Below are positions 38,231-48,107 of a DNA stretch of 64,000 nt, one piece after another; the first letter of the stretch is position 1, and each line of letters starts with the position of its first letter. The stretch is taken from NCBI GenBank assembly GCA_050633245.1, contig JBOEGD010000004.1, forward strand, positions 1 through 64,000, written 5' to 3'. The notes below the pieces were generated by a model. It had not been told where the DNA came from. It ran no database searches and saw only the letters and a list, made by a program, of their open reading frames with translations. Position numbers and translations under genes: made by a program. The stretch is from Calditrichia bacterium (GTDB lineage Bacteria; Calditrichota; Calditrichia; RBG-13-44-9; J075).

Positions 38231-41188
38231 TTACTTCATCAGAATCATCTTGCGGGTTTCAAGTACGTTTTCTGCCTTCAGGGTGTAGAAATACAGTCCA
38301 CTTGCCAGGTTCTCAGCATTCCAGGTAACTGCGAAGCTACCGGCGTTCTTAAAGCCATCAACCAGTGTTGCAACCTTCTGACCGGCTACGTTAAATACTG
38401 CAATCTCTACAGCACCAGCCTTCTGAACCTGATACTCAATCGTCGTGGATGGGTTGAAGGGGTTCGGATAGTTCTGCTCCAGCTTATAGTCTTCCGGAAT
38501 AACAGAGCTAATCTGCTCGTCTACAATACCTGTAACATTATTGCTGTAAAGCGCAGTCCACCCGTTTGTCCATAGCGGAGTATTCGGATCGAATGCACCG
38601 AGATAGTCAACATTATCGATGAAAGGATCGTTGACAGTTGTAGCACCTGAACCAGCCGGGCCAGCTGCTGCCGGACGAGGATCTAGGCCGTTAGTATTGT
38701 CGCGAGCGATTGCACCGAGCTGCGGGTCTGCAATTTGATTGCCATTTGCACTGAGGTGAGTCTGCACGAAATCCTGAGGGGCAATATCAGTAAGGGCATT
38801 ACCATTACCAAAGTTCCACCAGACGTTGGTACTTACAATCAGCTGATTATTCTCAAGACGACTGCGTGAGTCTTCACCTGAGGCAAGATCTTCAATTGTG
38901 ATACCGGCACCGCCGCCACCACCATTATAATCGGTAAAGATGCTGTTGTAGTAAAAGCCACCGGAGTTATCACGGAAAATCAACATCTGGCTACCGTCAC
39001 CATTTGGGAAAGCAGAAGCCCCAGGGCCGATGTATGTTGCGTTTGCTACTGTCGGGGTTGCATAGGGCGTTCCGTCTTCCGGATCGGTTCCGCCATCCAT
39101 CTCGGCAGTACGTCCGGCATTGTCAGAACCCTGCAGAGCAAATAGATACTGATTACTTCCACGGAAACCTTCGTCCCAGTCAAATGCATCGTCACCGCAA
39201 AAAGCAGCCACAAGATGCTTTGCGTTTACTGTGCCGCCGAACCACTCGAAACCATCATCAAGGTTTGAATACACTTCGATGTATTCTATTTCTGTGTCAG
39301 AACCAACACCACCCATGGTTAGACCGTTGATCTCGTTACCGGGACCAATAAGCGCTCCGCCGTGACGGATAGATACATAGCGAAGAACACCAGAATCGTC
39401 AGCGTCGTTCGGACTGGTGCCGCCGCCATACTGTCCGCGAGGCTCATTCGGGTCGATACCTTCAATTTGTCCAACGCCGGAAGTGGTGTTCAGTCCGGCA
39501 TTACCAAGAACCAGAATTCCACCCCAGCGTCCACGTTGCTCAGGCGCAAGATCGTTCGGGTCGAAGATGTCATCATCTTCGGAGGTAAAGATAATTGGTT
39601 TGCTGGAAGTACCAGTTGCATTAATCTTACCACCACGAGCGATAATCAGAGCACTGGTGTTGTCTCCATTAGTCGGGTTCTGCACTGCTTTCAGAACGGT
39701 ACCAGCAGCAATGTTTAGCGTAGCACCAGACTCGACATACATTAAGCCGTCTATCAAATACTCGTTATCAGATGTAAGGCTAAGCATCTCACCTGCATTA
39801 ATGCTGGCATCGGTAAGAGTTACCATGCCGTTACCTGCAGTGAAACCAAGGCTATACATTGCTGTCCAACCATCAGTCCACAGGGAAGCAGAAGGGTCAA
39901 AAGCACCAATGTAATCAACAGAAACAATAAAAGGATCGCTTACAGCAGTAGCGCCGCTTCCTGCCGGGCCACTTGCGGAAGGACGCGGATCCAGTCCGCC
40001 ATTGTTGGTGCGCGAGATTCCACCAAGAAGCGGATCGGAAATCTGATTTCCATTTGCACCAAGGTGCGTTTGAACGAAGTCTTGCGGAGCTATATCGGTA
40101 AGGGCATTACCATTACCAAAGTTCCACCAAACGTTTGTGCTAACGATCAGTTGATTGTTCTCAAGGCGGAGGCGTGAGTCTTCGCCGGAAGAAAGATCTT
40201 CAACAGTGATACCGGCACCGCCGCCACCACCATTATAATCGGTGAAGATGCTGTTGTAGTAGAAACCACCGGAGTTGTCACGAAAAATCAACATTTGGCT
40301 TCCGTCACCATTTGGGAAAGCAGAAGCGCCGGGTCCAATATAAGTTACATTGGCAAGCGTCGGAGTGGCGAAAGGCATGCCATCTTCCGGATCCGTTCCA
40401 CCATCCATCTCGGCTGTGCGGCCAGCCGCGTCTTCACTTTGCAAGGCTAAAAGAAACTGATTGCTTCCGCGGAAACCTTCATCCCAGTCATATGCATCGT
40501 CACCACAAAAAGCAGCAACAAGATACTTGGCATTTACAGTTCCACCGAACCACTCATAGCCGTCATCAAGATTCGAATATACTTCGATATATTCAATAAC
40601 AGTTCCGTTTCCAACACCACCCATTGTTAGACCATTAATTTCGTTACCAGGACCAATAAGAGCTCCACCGTGACGGATGGATACATACTTTAATACACCA
40701 GAGTCGTCAGCGTCGTTCGGGCTGGTGCCGCCGCCATACTGTCCGCGAGGCTCATTCGGGTCGATACCTTCAATTTGTCCAACACCGGAAGTGGTGTTCA
40801 GCCCGGCATTACCAAGAACCAGAATTCCACCCCAACGTCCACGCTGCTCAGGACCAAGGTCGTTAGGATCACTGAGGTCATCACCTTCAGCAGTGAAGAT
40901 AATTGGGTTATTTGCACGACCCACAGCGTTAATCTTACCACCACGAGCGATAATAAGTGCCGTGGTGTTGTCTCCATTGGTAGGATTCTGCACGGCTTTA
41001 AGAACAGTTCCGGCCTCAATATTCAGGGTGGCGCCAGTCTCAACATAAATTAAGCCATCCATCAGATACTCATTGTCTGCTGTCCAGGTGACGGTCTCAC
41101 CTGCATTAATACTTGCATCGGTAACGGTGACCTGAGCAAACAGGAATACAGGGGCGAGAAGGGTTAGAAATAATAACTTAAACTTCAT
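38231..41188 (-). CDS. Secreted protein of the TBDR-associated beta-helix-like family, with the whole ~436-aa module duplicated, plus C-terminal sorting domain
   Basis: Two copies of ALIIARGGKINA.G..PIIFT..WGG..LGNA..DDSGVL.YVSIRHGG..NEINGLTMGGVG..DDG.EWFGGTV..DDA.DWDEG; NYPNPFNP. Confidence 0.85.
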   Translation of the reverse strand: MKFKLLFLTLLAPVFLFAQVTVTDASINAGETVTWTADNEYLMDGLIYVETGATLNIEAGTVLKAVQNPTNGDNTTALIIARGGKINAVGRANNPIIFTAEGDDLSDPNDLGPEQRGRWGGILVLGNAGLNTTSGVGQIEGIDPNEPRGQYGGGTSPNDADDSGVLKYVSIRHGGALIGPGNEINGLTMGGVGNGTVIEYIEVYSNLDDGYEWFGGTVNAKYLVAAFCGDDAYDWDEGFRGSNQFLLALQSEDAAGRTAEMDGGTDPEDGMPFATPTLANVTYIGPGASAFPNGDGSQMLIFRDNSGGFYYNSIFTDYNGGGGGAGITVEDLSSGEDSRLRLENNQLIVSTNVWWNFGNGNALTDIAPQDFVQTHLGANGNQISDPLLGGISRTNNGGLDPRPSASGPAGSGATAVSDPFIVSVDYIGAFDPSASLWTDGWTAMYSLGFTAGNGMVTLTDASINAGEMLSLTSDNEYLIDGLMYVESGATLNIAAGTVLKAVQNPTNGDNTSALIIARGGKINATGTSSKPIIFTSEDDDIFDPNDLAPEQRGRWGGILVLGNAGLNTTSGVGQIEGIDPNEPRGQYGGGTSPNDADDSGVLRYVSIRHGGALIGPGNEINGLTMGGVGSDTEIEYIEVYSNLDDGFEWFGGTVNAKHLVAAFCGDDAFDWDEGFRGSNQYLFALQGSDNAGRTAEMDGGTDPEDGTPYATPTVANATYIGPGASAFPNGDGSQMLIFRDNSGGFYYNSIFTDYNGGGGGAGITIEDLASGEDSRSRLENNQLIVSTNVWWNFGNGNALTDIAPQDFVQTHLSANGNQIADPQLGAIARDNTNGLDPRPAAAGPAGSGATTVNDPFIDNVDYLGAFDPNTPLWTNGWTALYSNNVTGIVDEQISSVIPEDYKLEQNYPNPFNPSTTIEYQVQKAGAVEIAVFNVAGQKVATLVDGFKNAGSFAVTWNAENLASGLYFYTLKAENVLETRKMILMK

Positions 41189-41295
41189 GAATGGATCTCC
41201 TCCATTTTATAATAGTGATTTGGGTATATGTTGTATGTGCATCAAAATGTCCATTTTCTTCATGTCGTTTTTATGTCGCCCCGGTTACTCTTTGT

Positions 41296-44235
41296 CTACA
41301 GATCGTAGCTAAAGCTAAGTCCTACTTGTCGTCCGCTGCGATACTGACGGCGGATGAATTCCTGGCCTTTAAAGTCATGTGAGTAGGTGTTTTTGGCATC
41401 CAGGATATTCTTCATGCCCAGCTTTAGCGTTAGGTTTTTGAAGATCTGCTGGCTCAGATTCAGATCCAGAGTATGGCGTCCACGCTCAAATACATCTGGC
41501 GTTGCACCGGCAGCAATCTCATACAAACGATCGCCAAAGGTGTTGTAGGACAGGGTAACGCTGCTTCCGGAAACGGGTCGGAAGTAAGTGAGGCCAACGT
41601 TCAGAAGATAGGGGGACTGACCAACCAGGTCACGCGTATCATCAGCATTTGGATCAAGGGCTACGATGTTCTCAAGCTCTTCTTCCGGAATCTTTACTTC
41701 AGACTGCGTGAAAGACATGTTGGTGTTAATTGTAAAGTTGTTCAGAGCAGACGCGACGAAGCCGAGACGCTTACGGAATTCGAATTCAAGACCCATGACT
41801 TCAGAACTCTCGATATTACGGAATTCAATTACGTCATTTTCACCGCCGCTCTCCTCATCAATAACGCGCTCAATCGGGTTCTTGAAATCCTTGTAGTAAC
41901 CACTAATTGCGATAATCTCGCCCGGAGCCATAAACCATTCCCAACGAACGTCATAGTTGTTAATGAGCGTTCGTTCGAGATCGATGTTACCGTTAAAAAT
42001 GAAGTCACCAATAAAGTTGAAGCTCGCATACGGCGCCTTCTCACGGAAGTTTGGACGTGCCAGCGTGCGGCCATAGGCAAGACGCAGGAAGTGGTCACGT
42101 ATAAACTGGTAGTTCAGATTGAAAGATGGTAAGACATCATCATCATTTAGCGAACCGCTATCGATACCATTTGTTACGTTCATACGTGTTGACTCTAAAC
42201 GAGCGCCACCAATAACGCGAATAGCCGGGGTCAGTGGTATGTCGGCCATTAAGTAGGTGGCGTTAATACGCTGATCACCCGTATAGCTTCCGACAGATCC
42301 AAGCGCTCCGGTAATACCTTCGTTGATGTATACGCCGAACTCATTTGTCGTCGAGTTGAGACCAATATTGCTTCCACCAAAGTAGGCATCCGGATCGCCC
42401 TGATAGCGCGCTGAACCAGGTCCTTCCAGGTATTCAAAGATACGTTCGTTGAAATCACGATCTTTTTCTTCATAACTATATCCCAGCTTAACCTTCGCTG
42501 TCAGATTATTCCATACGCCAACCGGTCTTTCAACATTGAACTGAAACGTGCGGCTGGTTTCATCAGTGTCGCGAAAATAGCGTGACGGCGGATCGAAAAC
42601 CGCTTGAGGAATAGAATAGATAGTCGTATCCCGACCCATAAAAGGACGAACGGCAAAGATGTCACCGAAGAATCGAGTATCAGGCTGGTCAAGTTTGTTT
42701 GATGAGTATGAACCAATCCAGGTTGCCTTCAGGTCGCCAAAATTGGCGAATTCCTGATTTCCGCGAAGCTGAACAGAGTTTAAGGCGCGTTCGGAGTAGG
42801 TGAGGGCACGTGTCTCAAGATTCTCTACATCCTGAGCCTGCCAGCTCCCCGAGAGAAAACGTGAAGAGGCAGTGCCACCCTGAGTGCGGATGTAATTTAT
42901 CTGAAACTGCTGCCCAGCCCAGGGTTCATAACTCAGTGTGCCTATTGTTCCCCAAAGAACATCATCGGTTCCCTTGGAGTCACTAAGCTCGGTTTCCGGG
43001 TCCAGTTCGTTTTTAGTATCAATTTGTCCCTTTAGCTTATAGCTGCCGAAGAACTCGTTCTCGTATAAGGAGTAGCTTCGCTTGTAGCTAACCGATGCCA
43101 GGAAACCGAGCGGGCGTCCGAAAAGCTCCAGTTTGTTTCCAATGGAAAAACCGAAGCTGGAGTTCACAGGTACCTCATTATTAATCGGGGACATATTTGA
43201 ATTGAAAGCGCGTGAGACGCGATTCAATACTTGTGCATCTTCTTCCGAAAAATCAGGAGAGAGAGGATCGGGTATTTCATCGAGGTTTTGAATCTCATCC
43301 GGAAGTTCACGTGTTCCGTCATCCATTCCGAGCCAATCCCGGTTACCGCTAGCCTGGCTAAGGAACTCCGAGCTAAATGAAGACTGACTATTCCAGCTGG
43401 TTCCGGTAGAGAAGGAAATCTCCAGTTGATCGGGATAGGCACGCGTTCCAAGATCGACTATTCCACCGCTAAAGTTACCGGGTTTGTCCGGAGTAAATGT
43501 TTTAAGCGTTACAATGTTATCCAGCATCTTTGCCGGAATAAGGTCTAGCTGAAAGCTGCGTTTGTCCGGATCGGCGCTTGGCAATTCAACTCCATTAAGC
43601 TGAGTTGAAGCGTAACGGTCGCCAAGACCACGCACATACACATACTTGCCGTCCAGTACTGAGGCTCCAGTAACCTTCTGCATGGCGTCGGCGGCTTCTC
43701 CGGCACCTGATTGAGAGATAGCTTCGGCACTCAACGCGTCGCTAATGGAAATAGATTTCTTGCGCTGAGAGAGTAATGCGGCTTCATTATTCTGAATAAC
43801 ACGTGCTACGATTTCAACTGCTTCGCCTTCGATGGTTTCGGATTGAACCGTTACGTCATCAATGGTAGCTAGTTTACCTGCTTCAACGACAACATCCGGA
43901 ATGCGGGTTTCAGTATATCCCACAATTGAAACAATGACGGTATAGGTTCCGGCGGGAACGTTCTCGATAAGAAAGATGCCATCCATATCGCTGGCAGCTC
44001 CGAGTAATTGCCCCTCGATGACAACATTGGCAAATATGAGTGGCTCGTTAGTATCACCGGCAATGAGCTTACCCATAATTTTGCCTGTATCTTGTGCGGA
44101 AAGAAATTGTGTAAAAAGTGTCACAAGAAGGAATAGCGCAATCGATATTAATTTAGGCTGTTTCGAGTTGTGGCGTTTGCCGTTGCGGTGCCAGGGGACC
44201 TTCCCGGCGTCTAAAAAAGAGTGAAACGATTTCAT
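41296..44235 (-). CDS. TonB-dependent receptor with N-terminal carboxypeptidase-regulatory-like domain
   Basis: Plug VTGASV..YVYVRGLGDRY...LNG..LDLIP..K.FTPD.PG.FSGG; ARPNFRE..GN.DL; NILD; terminal strand LSFSYDL. Confidence 0.92.
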   Translation of the reverse strand: MKSFHSFLDAGKVPWHRNGKRHNSKQPKLISIALFLLVTLFTQFLSAQDTGKIMGKLIAGDTNEPLIFANVVIEGQLLGAASDMDGIFLIENVPAGTYTVIVSIVGYTETRIPDVVVEAGKLATIDDVTVQSETIEGEAVEIVARVIQNNEAALLSQRKKSISISDALSAEAISQSGAGEAADAMQKVTGASVLDGKYVYVRGLGDRYASTQLNGVELPSADPDKRSFQLDLIPAKMLDNIVTLKTFTPDKPGNFSGGIVDLGTRAYPDQLEISFSTGTSWNSQSSFSSEFLSQASGNRDWLGMDDGTRELPDEIQNLDEIPDPLSPDFSEEDAQVLNRVSRAFNSNMSPINNEVPVNSSFGFSIGNKLELFGRPLGFLASVSYKRSYSLYENEFFGSYKLKGQIDTKNELDPETELSDSKGTDDVLWGTIGTLSYEPWAGQQFQINYIRTQGGTASSRFLSGSWQAQDVENLETRALTYSERALNSVQLRGNQEFANFGDLKATWIGSYSSNKLDQPDTRFFGDIFAVRPFMGRDTTIYSIPQAVFDPPSRYFRDTDETSRTFQFNVERPVGVWNNLTAKVKLGYSYEEKDRDFNERIFEYLEGPGSARYQGDPDAYFGGSNIGLNSTTNEFGVYINEGITGALGSVGSYTGDQRINATYLMADIPLTPAIRVIGGARLESTRMNVTNGIDSGSLNDDDVLPSFNLNYQFIRDHFLRLAYGRTLARPNFREKAPYASFNFIGDFIFNGNIDLERTLINNYDVRWEWFMAPGEIIAISGYYKDFKNPIERVIDEESGGENDVIEFRNIESSEVMGLEFEFRKRLGFVASALNNFTINTNMSFTQSEVKIPEEELENIVALDPNADDTRDLVGQSPYLLNVGLTYFRPVSGSSVTLSYNTFGDRLYEIAAGATPDVFERGRHTLDLNLSQQIFKNLTLKLGMKNILDAKNTYSHDFKGQEFIRRQYRSGRQVGLSFSYDL

Positions 44236-44299
44236 TAATTAGCTCCCGTAATAAATAAAAAGTATGTTATAAAAACCGGTATTAACTTACCGGAGCTGT

Positions 44300-44337
44300 G
44301 TTACAGTGGCGTTAACATGCTGTTGGTGACGTATTAA
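44300..44337 (-). promoter_or_regulatory. Pho-box-like 11-bp-periodic direct repeats upstream of the TBDR
   Basis: Plus strand GTTAC 44300, GTTAA 44311, GTTGG 44322, ATTAA 44333. Confidence 0.6.
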
Positions 44338-44482
44338 ATTAAGTCACTTCTGGTGTTGCATTTATCAAAGTGAATAGCTTGTAAGGGGTTGATAAATTGT
44401 TGCTTAGGTGAGATTGAGGCTGTGTTGCAGTTTAATTGATGGGCTGCAACATAAAGGATATGATATATGAGAGGAAGAGGCG

Positions 44483-46264
44483 TTAGCCGGAGTGACGCAG
44501 AAACTTGAGTGAGAAGCAGCTACCAGAGTTTGGCTGGCTGCGTAACTCAACCTCGGCTTCCTGAATTTCCGCAAGGTGACGAACGATAGAAAGACCTAAA
44601 CCAGTACCGGCAGTTGTTGAGGAACGCGATTTATCGACGCGGTAAAAACGTTCAAAAATGCGTTCCTGATGTTTTTGTGGGATGCCTATTCCGCTATCTT
44701 CCACAGAGATAAAGGCATGTTCCGAGTTGACCGAGCTGGATATCTTTACCGTCCCATCAAATGGAGTATACTTAATCGCATTGTCTATCAAATTTGCTAT
44801 GATCGAGCGAAACATTTCCGGATCGCCTTTGATTTTGAACGGCTTTTTAGACAGGCGACTGGAAATCTCAATATCCTTTCCTTCTGCGAGTTCAAAATAC
44901 TGATTAATTACGTCATGAATAACCGGGCTCGGGTTAAATGCTTTTAACTCGATACTTTGTAAGCGCTCTATTCGCGCCAGCTGCAATAAATCGGAAACCA
45001 GATTCTCCAGCTGTCGAGATTGTTTTACAATTTTCTTTACATATTTCTTGTTCAGTCTACTATCTGCAAGCGCCCAATCGAGCAGCGTTTCACTATATCC
45101 GCGGATAGCCGAGAGGGGAGTCTTAAATTCATGAGAGACGTTCGCTACGAAGTCGCGTCGAATTTTTTCCAGCGTTTTAAACTTTGTTATATCCCTGAGC
45201 ACGACAACGGCACCTTCGCGCTTGCGATGGCGAATCGAAAACGGATTTAGTACGACCTCAATGATGGAGTTGTCTTCTGCGTTCAGCTCATCCGAAATGA
45301 GGTAGGGGGTCTTTAAGAAGTTTTCAATCAGGCCGATTAGGTGCGGATGTTCGATTACCTCAGAGAAGTGGCGATTGCTGATTCCTTTTTTCCTGGCATG
45401 TTTCAACATATTCAGACCAATATCGTTAAAAAGAATGATACGACCATTTTCGTCCAGGGCGATAATTCCTTCTTTTATCGAAGAGAGCACCATGTTAAGA
45501 TCCTCGCGCTCATGCGAGAGTTTGGTGATAGTGGAAGAGAGGCGTGACGACATTTCGTTTAGAGCGATACTTAGCTTCCCAAGTTCATCTTTCGATTCAA
45601 TATTCAGCTTGGGTTTAAGATCACCGCTGGCAATATCACCTGCATGCTGAATAACCTTACGCAAATTACTGTTGATTCGCCTTGAGAGTAACAACAACAG
45701 CATTCCGGAAATAAGGAGAATGATAAGTCCACCATAAATTGAGTAGCGGCGAATGGTTGCCAGAAGCTTATCGGTGCTTGCGGCGAATACGGAAACCCGG
45801 ATAAACCCGATATTGCCATCACTCACATAGACGCTTCTGCTGATGTAGAATTGTTCTTTATTAATTGTGCTGCTAAATCGCCTGTCTGTGCCAAACTCAT
45901 TATTGAGGGAGGCTTGAACTTCAGGGCGCGTTAAATGATTTTCGACTGTGGCAAGGTGTTTAATGGGGATTTCAGAATCTGCAATAACTCTTCCGTCAGC
46001 AGCAATCAGCGTAAAGCGGCAATTGGTTATGCGGCTTTGTTCATCGGCAAAGGACTTAAGGTATTCCAAATTGGCAGTCCTGAGGCTGTCGGTCTCAAGT
46101 GCTTTTTCCGAAAGCAAAACGTATTGTTGCAGTACGGTTTCAACCTGTGTGTACAAATAGCCCTTAAATTGATAATAGAGTGCAGTGCCTACGCTGGTGA
46201 TTCCAAAAAGAATGGACAGCATGACAATGGTAAATAGCTTAAATCGAAGGTCGGTTTTAATCAT
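44483..46264 (-). CDS. phoR: Phosphate regulon sensor kinase PhoR-like (Cache-like, HAMP, PAS, HisKA, HATPase)
   Basis: ENHLTRPEV..A..G..RFSST; RRDFVANVSHEFKTPL; NLIDNAIKYT; FERFYRVDKSRS; GTGLGLSIV; Pho context. Confidence 0.85.
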   Translation of the reverse strand: MIKTDLRFKLFTIVMLSILFGITSVGTALYYQFKGYLYTQVETVLQQYVLLSEKALETDSLRTANLEYLKSFADEQSRITNCRFTLIAADGRVIADSEIPIKHLATVENHLTRPEVQASLNNEFGTDRRFSSTINKEQFYISRSVYVSDGNIGFIRVSVFAASTDKLLATIRRYSIYGGLIILLISGMLLLLLSRRINSNLRKVIQHAGDIASGDLKPKLNIESKDELGKLSIALNEMSSRLSSTITKLSHEREDLNMVLSSIKEGIIALDENGRIILFNDIGLNMLKHARKKGISNRHFSEVIEHPHLIGLIENFLKTPYLISDELNAEDNSIIEVVLNPFSIRHRKREGAVVVLRDITKFKTLEKIRRDFVANVSHEFKTPLSAIRGYSETLLDWALADSRLNKKYVKKIVKQSRQLENLVSDLLQLARIERLQSIELKAFNPSPVIHDVINQYFELAEGKDIEISSRLSKKPFKIKGDPEMFRSIIANLIDNAIKYTPFDGTVKISSSVNSEHAFISVEDSGIGIPQKHQERIFERFYRVDKSRSSTTAGTGLGLSIVRHLAEIQEAEVELRSQPNSGSCFSLKFLRHSG

Positions 46265-46305
46265 AGGTAGTGACTGATATTCGTCTGCGCATAATGCGTG
46301 TCAAA

Positions 46306-46989
46306 TTATCGCATATTCCAGCGATATCCAACGCCTTTAACAGTGAGTATCATCTGATTGTCGGAGTCGATTTTATCACGGAGTCGAGTGATGTGGACAT
46401 CAACCGTTCGCGGATCGCCGAAGTAATTTTCGCCCCAAATTGAATCGAGTAAGTTTTGACGCGACATCGCCTTGCCCTGTGCCTGTATCAGATGCTTCAG
46501 CAGCTTAAACTGAATAGGTGTAAGATTAATAATATCCTCTTTAACGAATACTTCGTGTGTGAAAAAGTTGACGCGTAAATCTGCCTGGTGAAATTCCTCA
46601 AACGTAGCTTTTTTTACTCGTTTCAGCTGCACCTTAACTCTGGCAATTAATTCCCTTGGGCTGAACGGTTTGGTTACATAATCATCCGCACCAACCTCAA
46701 AGCCAATAATCTTATCAATCTCTTCACTACGCGCTGTTAACATGATGACCGGAATTTCTGCAGTGCGTTCATCGTTACGAATATATTTGCAAAGTTCAAT
46801 GCCACTCATCTCCGGGAGGTTGAGGTCGAGAATCAGCAGGTCAGGGGGACTGGCAATAATTGCATCGTGAGCTTTTAACCCATCCATAAAAGTGCGGATG
46901 CGATAACCTTCCCGCCAGAGATTATCTTCGAGGATTTCGTTAATATCCGGATCGTCCTCAACAACATAAATGGTGAAATTTTGATTCAT
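46306..46989 (-). CDS. phoB: Phosphate regulon response regulator PhoB/PhoP-like
   Basis: VVEDD, LDLNLP, IPVIMLTARSEE, GADDYVTKPFSPRELIAR, RTVDVHITRLRDKI, TVKGVGYR. Confidence 0.85.
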   Translation of the reverse strand: MNQNFTIYVVEDDPDINEILEDNLWREGYRIRTFMDGLKAHDAIIASPPDLLILDLNLPEMSGIELCKYIRNDERTAEIPVIMLTARSEEIDKIIGFEVGADDYVTKPFSPRELIARVKVQLKRVKKATFEEFHQADLRVNFFTHEVFVKEDIINLTPIQFKLLKHLIQAQGKAMSRQNLLDSIWGENYFGDPRTVDVHITRLRDKIDSDNQMILTVKGVGYRWNMR

Positions 46990-47038
46990 ATCCCTATTCC
47001 ATTTTTTACTTCAAGTTGCTGGAATATAGAATCGGCAT

Positions 47039-47065
47039 GTTACAGTTTGATTGCAAGTCAATTAC
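47039..47065 (-). promoter_or_regulatory. Pho-box-like 11-bp-periodic repeats upstream of phoB (autoregulation)
   Basis: Plus strand GTTAC 47039, ATTGC 47050, ATTAC 47061. Confidence 0.55.
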
Positions 47066-47105
47066 TGTTTGCTTCAAAAGAGGTGTTCGTTTCGATAAAT
47101 GCCAA

Positions 47106-48017
47106 TTATTCGCTGGTTAATTTAACCAAAAGATCTGAGTAATAGCGATGTTTCGCTTTGTAAACATCATACTCTTCATCACGGTTCCGTTTTTGAAGGC
47201 CGGTTAGATAAATGGCGAGCTTGGTTAAAATGACCTGAGTTGCAGCACGTTGATTGCTGTTGGTAAGGCCGTTGGAACGAATAATTTTTTCCAAAGCGTA
47301 GATGCGAAAGCGATCCATTCCCCAATATCGTTGGGATAGTTGATCGGCATGTCCACCGTATTTGGCAATCAATGGTTCTTCGATAAACAATACAGGATAA
47401 GCCGCACAAATTCGTAGCCAGAGATCATAGTCTTCACAGGCAGGTAGTGCCTCATCGAACAGGCCAATGTTCTCAAAGATGGTGCGATGGATAATAACGG
47501 AAGAAGGGGAGATGCAGCAAAGTGGAAGACAGCGGCGGAAGATGTGACCACCCGCTTTTTCATGCTTCTTTTTTTGGTTGACGCGTTTTCCGGCGCGATA
47601 CCAGATTTCCTCAGTATGGCAAATTTTATATTGAAGGTTAAATATGCCAGCCTGAGCAGGGAGGTCGGCAATACCGTTGGCTGTTGAGCCTTTTGCACTG
47701 GCATAGAGAGCATCTATTTGTGTTTCCAGCTTTTGATCCAGCCATTCGTCATCCGAATCCAGAAAGGCCATCCATTCGCCGGTGGCGGCGCGTATACCGC
47801 GGTTGCGTGCAGAGCTGACGCCTTTATTTTCTTGCTTTAAGTAGATGACATTAGGAAAATGTCGGGAAACCATCTCTGAGGTGTGATCGGTTGAGCCGTC
47901 ATCCACAACAATTATCTCGTCCGCCGGACGCGTCTGTTTGGCAACAGAATTCAGAGCGCGCATCAATAATTTAGCGCGATCGTGAGTTGGAATAATGACG
48001 GATATTCTTGCAGACAT
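47106..48017 (-). CDS. GT2 family glycosyltransferase
   Basis: ISVIIPT, VVDDGSTD, NKGVSSARNRG, AFLDSDD, CEDYDLWLR. Confidence 0.93.
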   Translation of the reverse strand: MSARISVIIPTHDRAKLLMRALNSVAKQTRPADEIIVVDDGSTDHTSEMVSRHFPNVIYLKQENKGVSSARNRGIRAATGEWMAFLDSDDEWLDQKLETQIDALYASAKGSTANGIADLPAQAGIFNLQYKICHTEEIWYRAGKRVNQKKKHEKAGGHIFRRCLPLCCISPSSVIIHRTIFENIGLFDEALPACEDYDLWLRICAAYPVLFIEEPLIAKYGGHADQLSQRYWGMDRFRIYALEKIIRSNGLTNSNQRAATQVILTKLAIYLTGLQKRNRDEEYDVYKAKHRYYSDLLVKLTSE

Positions 48018-48107
48018 ACCTGATAATGCCCGGTCTGTAATAATGTTAAGTTATTTCTCCGAAACTCCGAGAGAAGCATACAGCGTGAGACAATATTAAA
48101 TTGTGGC

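Noticed and set aside
41473-42132. Long antisense ORFs (also 39417-39914, 58586-59104, 56768-57244, 16526-17026)
   Set aside because: They are shadows of well-supported genes on the opposite strand and have no recognisable motifs.
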